This document shows, piece by piece, positions 1 through 9,221 of a DNA stretch of 64,000 nt (the first letter of the stretch is position 1; every line of letters starts with the position of its first letter). Under the pieces are notes generated by a model, which saw only the letters and a list, made by a program, of their open reading frames with translations, did not search any database and had not been told where the DNA came from. A program made the translations under genes and the position numbers. This DNA is from an uncultured Roseburia sp. (GTDB lineage: Bacteria > Bacillota > Clostridia > Lachnospirales > Lachnospiraceae): assembly GCA_900548205.1 (NCBI GenBank), contig URJS01000003.1, forward strand, positions 7,352 through 71,351. The letters run 5' to 3'.

Positions 1-2
1 GA

Positions 3-305
3 TTGGAGCTGACGCCGCAGGAGGAGGAGCATATCGCAAACGACAGATATGATTTCTGGAGCGATCTGGGTAAGGAGGAGCGCGCGGCGCTTGGGATTTC
101 AGAGGAGGAGCTGCTTTGGAGCATGCGAAAGATCGCACTCGCAGAAAAGCAGCAGCAGCTTTTGGCAGAGATAAAGCAATGCAGCTTTGAGGAATATTCG
201 CTTGGCGGGCAGGCGTATGAGCGGCTGCTTTGGGAGCACGAATATACAGTTGCAGAGGATATTTGGCAGCGGGTTCCGTTCGGCTCCGTCACGGTGGACC
301 ATTAG
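3..305 (+). CDS. Hypothetical protein, probably the 3' part of a gene starting before the window
   Basis: ORF open from the window edge to TAG at 305; no recognisable motif. Confidence 0.5.
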   Translation: MELTPQEEEHIANDRYDFWSDLGKEERAALGISEEELLWSMRKIALAEKQQQLLAEIKQCSFEEYSLGGQAYERLLWEHEYTVAEDIWQRVPFGSVTVDH

Positions 306-339
306 ACGGGCAGAAAAATAAAAGAAAAGAAGCGGGAAA

Positions 340-1215
340 ATGGCAGCAAAAATAAATCGAAATGCTCCCTGCTGGTGCGGGAGCGGCAAAAAATATAAGG
401 TGTGTCATCAGAGCTTTGATGAAAGAATCGCGTTTGCGGCAGCAAAAGGACAGATTGTGCCGCCGCGTGAGATCATTAAAAATGAGAAACAGATTGCCGG
501 GATTCGGGAGAGCTGCAAGATCAATATTGCGGTCCTTGACGAGATAGAGGAGAAGATCCATCCGGGGATGGACACGGCGCAGATCGATCAGATCGTATAT
601 GAATTGACGACAAAGCTTGGCGGTGTGCCGGCGCCCCTGCATTATCAGGGGTATCCCTATAGTGTGTGCACCTCTGTCAACGATCAGGTTTGTCACGGGT
701 TTCCCTCAAAAGAGGTTATTTTGAGGGAGGGGGATATTATCAACGTGGATGTCTCCACGATTTTGAACGGATATTTTTCGGATTCCTCCCGTATGTTTTG
801 TATCGGGGAGGTCAGCCCCGAAAAAAAGCGGCTCGTTCAGGTGACGAAGGAATGTGTGGAGCGTGGCTTAAAAGAGGTAAAGCCGTGGGGCAATCTCGGA
901 GATATGGGGCAGGCGGTCCATGACCATGCGTTTGCAAACGGCTATACGGTTGTGCGAGAGATTGGCGGGCATGGCGTGGGTCTTGCATTCCACGAGCAGC
1001 CGTGGGTTGGCTATAACAGCAAAAGAGGCGAGGAAATGCTTATGGCGCCAGGTATGATCTTTACGATAGAGCCGATGGTCAATATGGGCGGCGCGGATAT
1101 TTTTATAGATGATAAGAATGAGTGGGAAGTATACACGAAAGACGGGATGCCGTCTGCACAGTGGGAAATTATGGTTCTTGTGACAGAGGAGGGACATGAG
1201 GTTCTCTGCTGGTAG
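340..1215 (+). CDS. map: Methionine aminopeptidase type I with N-terminal SEC-C zinc-binding motif
   Basis: N-terminal RNAPCWCGSGKKYKVCH (SEC-C); MetAP motifs CTSVNDQVCHG, DIINVDVS, DSSRMF, GGHGVG, FTIEPM. Confidence 0.95.
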   Translation: MAAKINRNAPCWCGSGKKYKVCHQSFDERIAFAAAKGQIVPPREIIKNEKQIAGIRESCKINIAVLDEIEEKIHPGMDTAQIDQIVYELTTKLGGVPAPLHYQGYPYSVCTSVNDQVCHGFPSKEVILREGDIINVDVSTILNGYFSDSSRMFCIGEVSPEKKRLVQVTKECVERGLKEVKPWGNLGDMGQAVHDHAFANGYTVVREIGGHGVGLAFHEQPWVGYNSKRGEEMLMAPGMIFTIEPMVNMGGADIFIDDKNEWEVYTKDGMPSAQWEIMVLVTEEGHEVLCW

Positions 1216-1224
1216 GAACAAATT

Positions 1225-1254
1225 GCGGCGGACTGCTTTGGTCCGCCGCTCTTT
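1225..1254 (+). terminator. GC-rich hairpin after map (probable terminator or stabiliser)
   Basis: GCGGCGGAC-N7-GTCCGCCGC followed by TCTTT. Confidence 0.55.
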
Positions 1255-1281
1255 GCATTGGCAAAAAGGAGGGAGCAGTGA

Positions 1282-1953
1282 ATGGAAAAAGGCTTAAGGG
1301 AAGTGCTGACAGAGGAGTTTTCTTTTTGGGAAAAGCTAAGCGATACAGAGCGTGAGAAGCTTTTGGCGGGCACGACACGCAAGGAGTATGAAAAGGGCGG
1401 CATGGTGCATTCTGCCAGTGAAAAATGTCTGGGACTGATCCTGGTGGAGCAGGGAAGGCTGCGGGTATATGTGGAATCGGAGGAGGGACGGGACGTCACC
1501 CTATACCGGTTAGAGCCGGGAGACATCTGTACCCTGTCGGCGTCCTGCTTTATGAATGAGATCACGTTTGAGGTCATGATCGAGGCGGAGACGGACAGCC
1601 GGATCGTGCTGATCAATCCGTCTGTCTTTCAGCGGATTACGGCGGAAAATATTTATGCAGAAAATTATCTGTACAAACAGACCGCCGCGCATTTTTCTGA
1701 TGTGATGTGGGCGATGCAGCAGATTTTGTTTTTAAGCTTCGATAAGCGTCTGGCAATGTTTCTGCTGGATGAGACTGCAAAAACAGGAGAGCTTACGCTT
1801 GCCATGACGCATGAGCAGATTGCAAAATATATCGGAAGCGCGAGAGAGGTTGTCTCGCGGATGCTTAAGTATTTTGAGGCGGAGGGCTATGTAAAGCTTT
1901 CGCGCGGAAGGATCACGGTGACAGATACAGACGGTCTGGAGACGCTGATCTGA
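1282..1953 (+). CDS. Crp/Fnr family transcriptional regulator
   Basis: cNMP-binding-like N-terminus (GRLRVY...GRDVTLYRL); C-terminal HTH MTHEQIAKYIGSAREVVSRML. Confidence 0.92.
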   Translation: MEKGLREVLTEEFSFWEKLSDTEREKLLAGTTRKEYEKGGMVHSASEKCLGLILVEQGRLRVYVESEEGRDVTLYRLEPGDICTLSASCFMNEITFEVMIEAETDSRIVLINPSVFQRITAENIYAENYLYKQTAAHFSDVMWAMQQILFLSFDKRLAMFLLDETAKTGELTLAMTHEQIAKYIGSAREVVSRMLKYFEAEGYVKLSRGRITVTDTDGLETLI

Positions 1954-1991
1954 CAGTTTTTTACTTACTTTTTTAGAAGAATGGAGGGTTT

Positions 1992-2855
1992 ATGGAGGGA
2001 AGGATTTCAGGAAGAACACAGGTCTTTGCGCTGCTTGGTTCACCGGTCAGCCATTCCGGCTCTCCGGCGATGTATAATTACAGCTTTGAGCGTCTTGGAA
2101 TTGACGCCGTTTATGTGGCGTTTGATATTCCGCTTGCCAAAACGAGGGAGGCGATGGAGGCGGTGCGGACGCTTCCGCTGCGCGGGTGCAACGTGACAAT
2201 GCCCTGCAAAACAGAGGTGGTGCAATATCTTGACGAGTTTTCGGCGGCGGCGCGGCTAAGCGGTGCGGTAAATACGATCGTCAATGAAAACGGCCGGCTA
2301 AAGGGTTACATGACGGACGGAGAGGGCTTCGTCCGCAGCCTGCAGGAGCATGGCGTTTCGGTTGCCGGAAAAAAGCTTGTGATCGCAGGAAGCGGCGGCG
2401 CGGCAACGGCGATCCAGGTACAGTGCGCGCTGGACGGTGCAAGGGAGCTTGTGATTTTTAACCGGACGGCAGAAAAAGCAAGGAGGATCGCGGAGCGGAT
2501 CTGCTCTGAGATTCCTGCGTGCAGGATCAGGGTCTGCGCGCTGGAGGATCAGCGTCTGCTGGCAGAGGAAATGCGCACGGCGGATATTTTTGTCAACGGA
2601 ACGAGCGTTGGAATGGCGCCGGAGACGGAGAAAAGCGTGGTGGAGGATGCGAAGGCCCTCCGGCAGGGGCTTGTTGTGGCAGATATTGTATATCATCCGA
2701 GAGAGACGAGATTGCTGCGCGAGGCGCGGGCGGCGGGCTGTGTCTGCATCGGTGGGGCGGGAATGCTGCTGTGGCAGGGAGCGGCTGCATTTTCACTTTA
2801 TACGGGGCAGGAAATGCCGGTCGCGGAGGTAAGAGAACGCTTTTTTAATTCATAG
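1992..2855 (+). CDS. aroE: Shikimate dehydrogenase
   Basis: GSPVSHSGSP, GCNVTMPCK, GAVNT, TDGEGF, GSGGAA, NGTSVGM, MLLWQGA motifs. Confidence 0.93.
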   Translation: MEGRISGRTQVFALLGSPVSHSGSPAMYNYSFERLGIDAVYVAFDIPLAKTREAMEAVRTLPLRGCNVTMPCKTEVVQYLDEFSAAARLSGAVNTIVNENGRLKGYMTDGEGFVRSLQEHGVSVAGKKLVIAGSGGAATAIQVQCALDGARELVIFNRTAEKARRIAERICSEIPACRIRVCALEDQRLLAEEMRTADIFVNGTSVGMAPETEKSVVEDAKALRQGLVVADIVYHPRETRLLREARAAGCVCIGGAGMLLWQGAAAFSLYTGQEMPVAEVRERFFNS

Positions 2856-2954
2856 AATGCTTTTGTCGGGATGAAAAGGTCCCAAAGAGTGTGCGGGAGA
2901 AGAACGCAGACTGCGGAAATAAGTATGCGCTGGATTTTTGCAGGAGAGAGGAAG

Positions 2955-3479
2955 ATGGCGATGGATAATATTTATCTGACCGGATTTATGGGAACAGGAA
3001 AAAGTACGATCGCAGGATTGCTGGCAAAGGAGCTCGGTATCCTGTGCATGGATTTGGATGCCCAGCTTGAGCGGGAGCAGAAAAAAAAGATTTCAGAGCT
3101 GTTTGACGCTTATGGGGAGGCGTATTTCAGGGAGCTGGAGACGGCGCTTTTGAAGCGTCTGGAGCTTAGGGAGCGTCTTGTCGTATCGTGCGGGGGAGGC
3201 GTTGTTTTAAGGGAGGAAAATATAGCCTCCATGCGGCGGGGAGGTAAGATCGTTCTCTTGACGGCAGAGCCGGAAACTGTATGGGCGCGTGTGCGGGGGA
3301 GGCAGAGCCGTCCGCTGCTTAGGGGCTGTCAGGGAGCTTTTGACATAGAAAAATTGATGGAGCAGCGCAGGGCGCGCTATGAGGCTGCGGCGGATGTTTC
3401 CATAAAGACGGACGGGAAAACGCCGCGCGAGCTTTGCGGGGAAATACTGGCTTGGGCTTGCGGCGGGAAGCAGATGTGA
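2955..3479 (+). CDS. aroK: Shikimate kinase
   Basis: GFMGTGKST P-loop, GEAYFRELE, SCGGG, RPLL; start set at ATG 2955 after GGAGAG RBS. Confidence 0.93.
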   Translation: MAMDNIYLTGFMGTGKSTIAGLLAKELGILCMDLDAQLEREQKKKISELFDAYGEAYFRELETALLKRLELRERLVVSCGGGVVLREENIASMRRGGKIVLLTAEPETVWARVRGRQSRPLLRGCQGAFDIEKLMEQRRARYEAAADVSIKTDGKTPRELCGEILAWACGGKQM

Positions 3480-3488
3480 GGGCAGACG

Positions 3489-4085
3489 ATGAATTTTGAT
3501 TTTTTGAAGGAATGTCAGAGCGGGACAGAGGAGCTTGGCGGGCTGCTTGACGCGGTGCGGCAGGATCTGGAGGCGGCGGAGCAATGCTATTTTCGGTCTC
3601 CGCGTGAGAGCGGGATTTTTTTGCGCAGGGCGGCAGAGAAGGTCTGTGCGATCTACAATGTTTACTATGAGCTTGGATTTCCTGCGGAAACGCCGTTGGA
3701 GGGATTTCTCTGTTATACAGGTGAGGAAACGCACAATGTAGCAGTAAGCCGCTTTTTGAGCGCGGTCAGAAAGGAACAGAGAGACCGCCTGAACAAGCTG
3801 CGCGTGCTGGGAGACGATTGTATCGGCGGTGAGGCGGCGCCGGACCGGGGAATGACGCTTCCTGACCGGATGGCGCAGAATGCGCGGCGTATGATGGAGA
3901 CGGTCATGGAGGTCTTAAAGGAGCTGTGCCAAAGAGTTTATAAGCGGGAGGCTGCGGCAGACATCTTTTTTTCTGAGGAGCGGATCCCGGGCGGTGACAA
4001 GGGACATGTCAAAACAGAAGATAAGCAGGAGCGGCAGGGGATTTTCGGGTTTTTGCGCGGCAGTATTTTCTCAAGAAAAAATTAA
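3489..4085 (+). CDS. Hypothetical protein, weakly DUF4145/HEPN-like
   Basis: Helical pattern AEQCYFRSPRESGIFLRRAAE...LNKLRVLG recalls DUF4145; closely coupled to aroK. Confidence 0.5.
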   Translation: MNFDFLKECQSGTEELGGLLDAVRQDLEAAEQCYFRSPRESGIFLRRAAEKVCAIYNVYYELGFPAETPLEGFLCYTGEETHNVAVSRFLSAVRKEQRDRLNKLRVLGDDCIGGEAAPDRGMTLPDRMAQNARRMMETVMEVLKELCQRVYKREAAADIFFSEERIPGGDKGHVKTEDKQERQGIFGFLRGSIFSRKN

Positions 4086-4176
4086 GAAAATGTTTCTGGT
4101 ATCTGTGGGAGAAGCATGCTAGGATAAACAGGAAATAAGAGGGTGTGCACAGGTCTTTGGGGAGAGACGCAAAGGA

Positions 4177-4890
4177 ATGCACAAATTATTAAAAACAGGC
4201 GCGGATTATCTTTTCCCGCCGCGCTGCCCGGTCTGCGACAGTGTGATCCTGCCGGATGAAGAACTTTGTAGGGGATGTGAAAAGGAGCTTTTGCCGGTTT
4301 TAGAGCCTGTCTGCGCAAGCTGCGGAAAGCCCGTCGGCGATGAAAGACAGGAGTATTGCGGCGACTGTGCGGCAAAAAGACACAGCTTTTGTCAGGGAAA
4401 GGCAGTGTTTGTATACCGCGGAGCGATCAGGCAGTCTATGTATCGCTTTAAGTATGCCAACCGGAGAGAGTACGCGCAGTTTTACGCGCGGTATGCCGTC
4501 CGGCTGTATGGAGCGTGGCTTGGGAGAAAGCAGGTGGAGGTCATCGTACCAATCCCGATGTACCGCAAGAAGCAAAAAAAGCGCGGCTACAATCAGGCGG
4601 AGGTCTTTGCGCGTGCACTGGGGCGTGAGACGGGACTTCCGGTGGAAGGGCGGCTTCTTGTGCGAAACAGGGACACTGTGCCGCAGAAGGAGTTAAATGA
4701 CAGGCAGCGCAGACAGAATTTAAAAAATGCTTTTCAATTAGTACCGGATATAGTAAAATATAGGAAGATATTACTGGTAGATGATATTTATACGACAGGG
4801 AGCACAATGGATGAGGCGGCAAAGACGCTGCTTGCTGCCGGCGCAGAACAGGTTTATTACATCTGTGTGAGCATTGGAGCGGGATTCTGA
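4177..4890 (+). CDS. comF: ComF family protein (double zinc ribbon + phosphoribosyltransferase domain)
   Basis: CPVC/CRGC/CASC/CGDC zinc ribbon; RGYNQAE; LLVDDIYTTGST. Confidence 0.92.
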   Translation: MHKLLKTGADYLFPPRCPVCDSVILPDEELCRGCEKELLPVLEPVCASCGKPVGDERQEYCGDCAAKRHSFCQGKAVFVYRGAIRQSMYRFKYANRREYAQFYARYAVRLYGAWLGRKQVEVIVPIPMYRKKQKKRGYNQAEVFARALGRETGLPVEGRLLVRNRDTVPQKELNDRQRRQNLKNAFQLVPDIVKYRKILLVDDIYTTGSTMDEAAKTLLAAGAEQVYYICVSIGAGF

Positions 4891-4912
4891 CGGATAGATG
4901 GGAGGTCTGGAG

Positions 4913-5311
4913 ATGGATGTAAGAAATTGTAAGGTATGCGGACGGTTATTTAATTATATCGGAGGAGCGCCGTATTGTCAGTCATGCAGGAACATATTGG
5001 AGGAGAAGTTTCAGGAGGTAAAGACCTATCTGAATAGAAGGCCTCACGCAACGATCGGAGAGGTTTCCGAGGAACTTGACGTTTCTGCCAAGCAGATTAA
5101 GGAGTGGATCCGGGAGGAGCGGCTTTCCTTAACGACTGCGGGTGCGGACGGGATTGTCTGCGAGCAGTGCAGAACACCGATCTGCACCGGAAAATATTGT
5201 GATAAATGTAAAGCCAGCATGGCGAATACGCTGGCTGGCGCTCTTGCTAAGCCAAAGGCGCCTGAGGATTCGCAGCGGGAGTATGACGGGAATCGTATGC
5301 GGTTCCTATAA
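4913..5311 (+). CDS. yvyF: Flagellar operon protein, YvyF/TIGR03826-like
   Basis: MDVRNCKVCGRLFNY, EEKFQEVKTYL, IKEWIREERL, CEQCRTPICTGKYCDKC; lies after comF as in Bacillus; GGAG RBS before ATG 4913. Confidence 0.85.
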   Translation: MDVRNCKVCGRLFNYIGGAPYCQSCRNILEEKFQEVKTYLNRRPHATIGEVSEELDVSAKQIKEWIREERLSLTTAGADGIVCEQCRTPICTGKYCDKCKASMANTLAGALAKPKAPEDSQREYDGNRMRFL

Positions 5312-5316
5312 GGAAG

Positions 5317-5360
5317 AAAGACAGAGTCTGCGGCGTTGGGTTCTGTCTTTTTTACTTTTT
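5317..5360 (+). terminator. Rho-independent terminator after yvyF
   Basis: AAAGACAGA...TCTGTCTTT stem followed by T-rich tract. Confidence 0.75.
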
Positions 5361-5362
5361 CT

Positions 5363-5390
5363 TTGAAACTGAAGCACATTATGATATAAT
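5363..5390 (+). promoter_or_regulatory. Sigma-A-type promoter upstream of the membrane protein-cdaA operon
   Basis: TTGAAA-N16-TATAAT with extended TG (TGaTATAAT). Confidence 0.7.
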
Positions 5391-5473
5391 GAACTATAAG
5401 AATGCGTAATTGCGTGCAAATTTCAGGAAAGAGGATGCGTGGTTGCGGGAATCAGAAAGGATAAGACTGCTGT

Positions 5474-5896
5474 ATGATAAATGAAGAACGTTTACAGCAT
5501 ATGATCAGGCTGTCGCAGTTTGATGAAAATGACGGCAAGAGCTGTAAGCCGATGACTCAGTATGCAAGGAAGGATTATGTGGCGCTGCAGATGCTTATCA
5601 GCTTTGTCACGGGAACGCTCAGCTATGCGCTGCTGTTTGGTTTATGGGCGCTGCAGTCGGTCGATGAATTGTTTGCGTGGATCAACACGATGGAGATCCA
5701 GACGCTTGTGATGATTTTTGTATTGACTTATCTGGCATTTTTAGTATTCTACCTGGGAGTGACCTATATTGTATTTCATGTCAAATATACGGAAGGGCGA
5801 AAGAAGGTCAAGAAGTATTATGCAAGCTTAAAGAAGGTCAATCAGATGTACGAGAGGGAAGATCGGCTGCGGATGGATCGTGCAGAATGGGAATAG
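5474..5896 (+). CDS. Hypothetical two-TM membrane protein
   Basis: Two hydrophobic segments; AAGG RBS upstream. Confidence 0.75.
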   Translation: MINEERLQHMIRLSQFDENDGKSCKPMTQYARKDYVALQMLISFVTGTLSYALLFGLWALQSVDELFAWINTMEIQTLVMIFVLTYLAFLVFYLGVTYIVFHVKYTEGRKKVKKYYASLKKVNQMYEREDRLRMDRAEWE

Positions 5897-5909
5897 GCAG
5901 GAGGAGATT

Positions 5910-6914
5910 ATGACAGCCATATTGGAACTAAAAGAGAAGCTGGTGCGCTTTTACGGGAAGAACGAGGCGTACCTTTTGCCGGTGATAAGATTTATCCTGG
6001 CATTTGTTGTATTTTTGATGATCAATCTGAATATCGGATATATGGAGCGTATCAGCAGTATACCGGTGGCGCTCATTCTGGCGCTGCTGTGTTCAATTCT
6101 TCCGGTACGGATGACGATGCTGATCGCTACGGTGGTGATTCTGCTTGATATGTACGCGCTGTCCTTGGAGGTGTGTCTTGTAACATTTCTTTTGTTTGCG
6201 CTGATCTATCTGCTTTATTTCCGCTTTGCACCAAAGTACGGCTACGATGTCCTTTTGTCGGCGGTCTGCTGCAGGCTTTCCATTCCGTATGTGATGCCGC
6301 TTGGTATGGGATTGCTTCGTGAGGTGTATGCGGTATTTGCGCTGATCTGCGGAAATGTTGTATATTTTTTCCTCGACGGAGTCAAGAATAATGCAAAGGT
6401 CATCAGCGGAGCGATTGATATGGAGGGCGAGGATACGTCGATGTTTTCCGTTGCGCTCAATCAGCTCATCGGCAACAAGGAGATGTATCTGGTCTGCGGT
6501 GTGATGATCGCAACGCTGCTGATCGTCTATGTGATCCGCAGGATGTCGATCGAGAATGCATGGCGTGTGGCGATCATTTCAGGCGCGCTGTTTGAGGCAG
6601 CGGCCCTGACTGCAGGATATATGCTGCTTGGAATTTCCGGAAAACTGGTCGGCGTTTTGGTTGGCACGGTCATTTCTGCTCTGATCGCTCTGCTGCTGCA
6701 GTTTGTATTCTTCAATCTGGATTATTCCAGAACGGAGCGTATGCAATTTGAGGATGACGAATATTACTATTATGTCAAGGCTGTGCCGAAGGTGTTTATT
6801 TCGGGAACGGATAAGCAGGTAAAGCGCTTCGGCGGAAGAAATGAGGGCAGGGAGCGCATGGCAAAGAGGCAGTTTGCAAAAGAGATGGATATTGATGAGG
6901 ATTTATTAGACTAA
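5910..6914 (+). CDS. Hypothetical multi-pass membrane protein
   Basis: About 8-9 hydrophobic segments; soluble tail DYSRTERMQFEDDEYYYYVKAVPK; GGAGGAG RBS before ATG 5910. Confidence 0.8.
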   Translation: MTAILELKEKLVRFYGKNEAYLLPVIRFILAFVVFLMINLNIGYMERISSIPVALILALLCSILPVRMTMLIATVVILLDMYALSLEVCLVTFLLFALIYLLYFRFAPKYGYDVLLSAVCCRLSIPYVMPLGMGLLREVYAVFALICGNVVYFFLDGVKNNAKVISGAIDMEGEDTSMFSVALNQLIGNKEMYLVCGVMIATLLIVYVIRRMSIENAWRVAIISGALFEAAALTAGYMLLGISGKLVGVLVGTVISALIALLLQFVFFNLDYSRTERMQFEDDEYYYYVKAVPKVFISGTDKQVKRFGGRNEGRERMAKRQFAKEMDIDEDLLD

Positions 6915-6932
6915 TTTTAAGGAAGTGACGAC

Positions 6933-7823
6933 GTGCAGAACATGTTAGCGACATTAGACGCCTTTTGGAATAAGGTATCTGTGTACATGAATTTGCCAAA
7001 AATAACGACCACGGATATTGTGGAAATTATCATAATAGCATTTTTATTTTACTATATGCTTCTGTGGATCAAGAATACGAGGGCATGGGTGCTGCTGCGG
7101 GGGTTGATGGTGATCCTGCTGTTTGTGCTGCTTGCTGCAGTTTTCCAGATGAATACGATCATCTGGATCGCCAAGAATACCCTCAATATTCTTTTGATCG
7201 CCCTTGTCATTATTTTCCAGCCGGAAATGCGCAAGGCGCTTGAGAATCTGGGGCGTAAGAATATTCTCGCGTCCTTGCTTCCGTTTGATTTTTCAAAAGG
7301 GGAGACTGCGAAGTTTTCCGATCGCACGATCACGGAGATGGCGAAGGCGTGCTATGAGATGGGAAAGGTCAAGACCGGAGCGCTGATCGTCGTTGAGGAC
7401 AATATCGTCCTGTCGGAGTATGAAAGGACAGGGATCGCGGTGGACGGAGTGGTGAGCAGTCAGCTTCTGATCAATATTTTTGAGAAGAATACGCCGCTGC
7501 ACGACGGCGCGGTTATTGTGCGGGGCGACCGTATCGTTGCGGCAACCTGTTATCTGCCGCTGACAGATTCGCTGACGATCAGCAAGGATCTGGGTACAAG
7601 ACACCGTGCGGCGGTCGGTATCAGTGAGGTGAGTGATTCGCTGACGATCGTTGTGTCCGAGGAGACGGGAAGAGTGTCGATCGCCTTAGGCGGAGAGCTT
7701 TACCGGAATGTAGATGCAGACTTTTTAAAGAATAAGCTTGCATATTTGCAGCACCGCAAGCAGCAGGCTTCTAAAATTGAATTATTGAAAAGGAGGCTGA
7801 AGCATGTTAAAGAAGCTCGGTAA
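6933..7823 (+). CDS. cdaA: Diadenylate cyclase CdaA
   Basis: Three N-terminal TMs, FQPEMRKALE, PLHDGA (DGA) and GTRHRAA (RHR) motifs. Confidence 0.96.
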   Translation: MQNMLATLDAFWNKVSVYMNLPKITTTDIVEIIIIAFLFYYMLLWIKNTRAWVLLRGLMVILLFVLLAAVFQMNTIIWIAKNTLNILLIALVIIFQPEMRKALENLGRKNILASLLPFDFSKGETAKFSDRTITEMAKACYEMGKVKTGALIVVEDNIVLSEYERTGIAVDGVVSSQLLINIFEKNTPLHDGAVIVRGDRIVAATCYLPLTDSLTISKDLGTRHRAAVGISEVSDSLTIVVSEETGRVSIALGGELYRNVDADFLKNKLAYLQHRKQQASKIELLKRRLKHVKEAR

Positions 7824-9189
7824 AAGAATCACAAACAATTTTGGCCTCAAGCTGCTGGCGGCTCTGTTTGCGATTGTGCTATGGGTTGCGGTGATCAATA
7901 TTGATGATCCTACGATCATACTTCCTTTTACGACGAGCGTCACTGCGGAGAACACAAGCTATCTGACAGCGCAGAATAAATATTTTGAGGTGCTGGACGG
8001 GAAGAATACCGTGACTTTTAATGCGTCCGCAGAGCGCAGTATTCTGACGGAAATGTCGAACTCTGATTTTTCGGCGACTGCCGATATGGAAAAGATTGAA
8101 TATAATGAAGATACAGGGAATTACCGCGTGCCGGTCACGATCACACCGAAGCGGTATAATAATAAGGTGACGGTGACGTCTAAGCAGCTTTATCTGGAGG
8201 TTTCGCTTGAGGATTTGGGAACGAGCCAGAAGGTGATCACACCGGTGACAAAGGGCACGGTGGCAGATGGCTGCGCGCTCGGTACGCTTGAGATCGTAGG
8301 TTCCAATCTGCTGAAGGTTTCAGGACCCGCCTCTATCATCAGCCAGATCGATACGGCGGTAGCTGCGATCAATGTGGACGGTGTTTCGACGGATGTGACA
8401 GACAGCGTAGTTCCGGTGCTCTATGATGCGGAGGGGAACGTGATCGATACGACAAGGCTGAAGCTGAGCCTTAGTACCGTCACGGTATCGGCGCAGGTTT
8501 TGAGCACAAAGGATGTGGCGCTTAGCTTTGAGACGATGGGAAAACCGGCAGACGGTTATATGCTTACGGGAATCGAGTATCCGCTCGAGACGGTGCGCAT
8601 CAAGGGAGAGAGCGCGATACTCAACACAGTAAACAAGATTTCAATTCCGAAGGAGGTCTTAGAGGTAACGGATATTACAGAGGACCTTGTGCGGACGGTG
8701 GATATCACTTCTTATCTGCCGGAGGGAACGGCGCTTGTGCTTGCGTCTGATGCAAAGGTAGAGGTTACGGTAAAGGTGGAGCCGGTGGTAAAAGAGATCT
8801 TTGAGGTGCCGACTGCCAATCTGTCTGTGAATAACTTAAGAGAGGGATACCGTCTTGAATTTGAGGAGGATGTCGTTCCGGTTGAGATCAGCGGTCCTCT
8901 AAGCATCATTTCTGATCTTGAGGCGAAGGATATTAAGGGGACGGTAAATGCAAACGGAACAGGCGCGGGAAGACATCAGATGACGGTTGATCTGACGCTG
9001 GAAAAGTATTGCTGGCTGACGGAGACGATCAAGGTGCCGGCGCAGATCACCGGAAATGACGGAACAAATGCAGAGGAAACGCCGCAGAACCACCAGGGAG
9101 CACAAGGTGGCGAAGCAGGAGCGGGGCGTGACGTAGCTGCGCCGACGGAGACGGCAAATGATTCTGCGGCAGGAACGACGGCGATGTAA
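7804..9189 (+). CDS. cdaR: CdaR/YbbR-domain regulator
   Basis: N-terminal TM (KLLAALFAIVLW), repeated YbbR-like beta domains, overlaps cdaA and precedes glmM. Confidence 0.9.
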   Translation: MLKKLGKRITNNFGLKLLAALFAIVLWVAVINIDDPTIILPFTTSVTAENTSYLTAQNKYFEVLDGKNTVTFNASAERSILTEMSNSDFSATADMEKIEYNEDTGNYRVPVTITPKRYNNKVTVTSKQLYLEVSLEDLGTSQKVITPVTKGTVADGCALGTLEIVGSNLLKVSGPASIISQIDTAVAAINVDGVSTDVTDSVVPVLYDAEGNVIDTTRLKLSLSTVTVSAQVLSTKDVALSFETMGKPADGYMLTGIEYPLETVRIKGESAILNTVNKISIPKEVLEVTDITEDLVRTVDITSYLPEGTALVLASDAKVEVTVKVEPVVKEIFEVPTANLSVNNLREGYRLEFEEDVVPVEISGPLSIISDLEAKDIKGTVNANGTGAGRHQMTVDLTLEKYCWLTETIKVPAQITGNDGTNAEETPQNHQGAQGGEAGAGRDVAAPTETANDSAAGTTAM

Positions 9190-9221
9190 AATAAAAACCG
9201 GATAGGATGGAGGAAAAATAA

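Noticed and set aside
4721..4751. Sigma-D/28 promoter inside comF (TAAA...CCGGATAT)
   Set aside because: The spacer is 19 nt and the -10 is an imperfect match to GCCGATAT.
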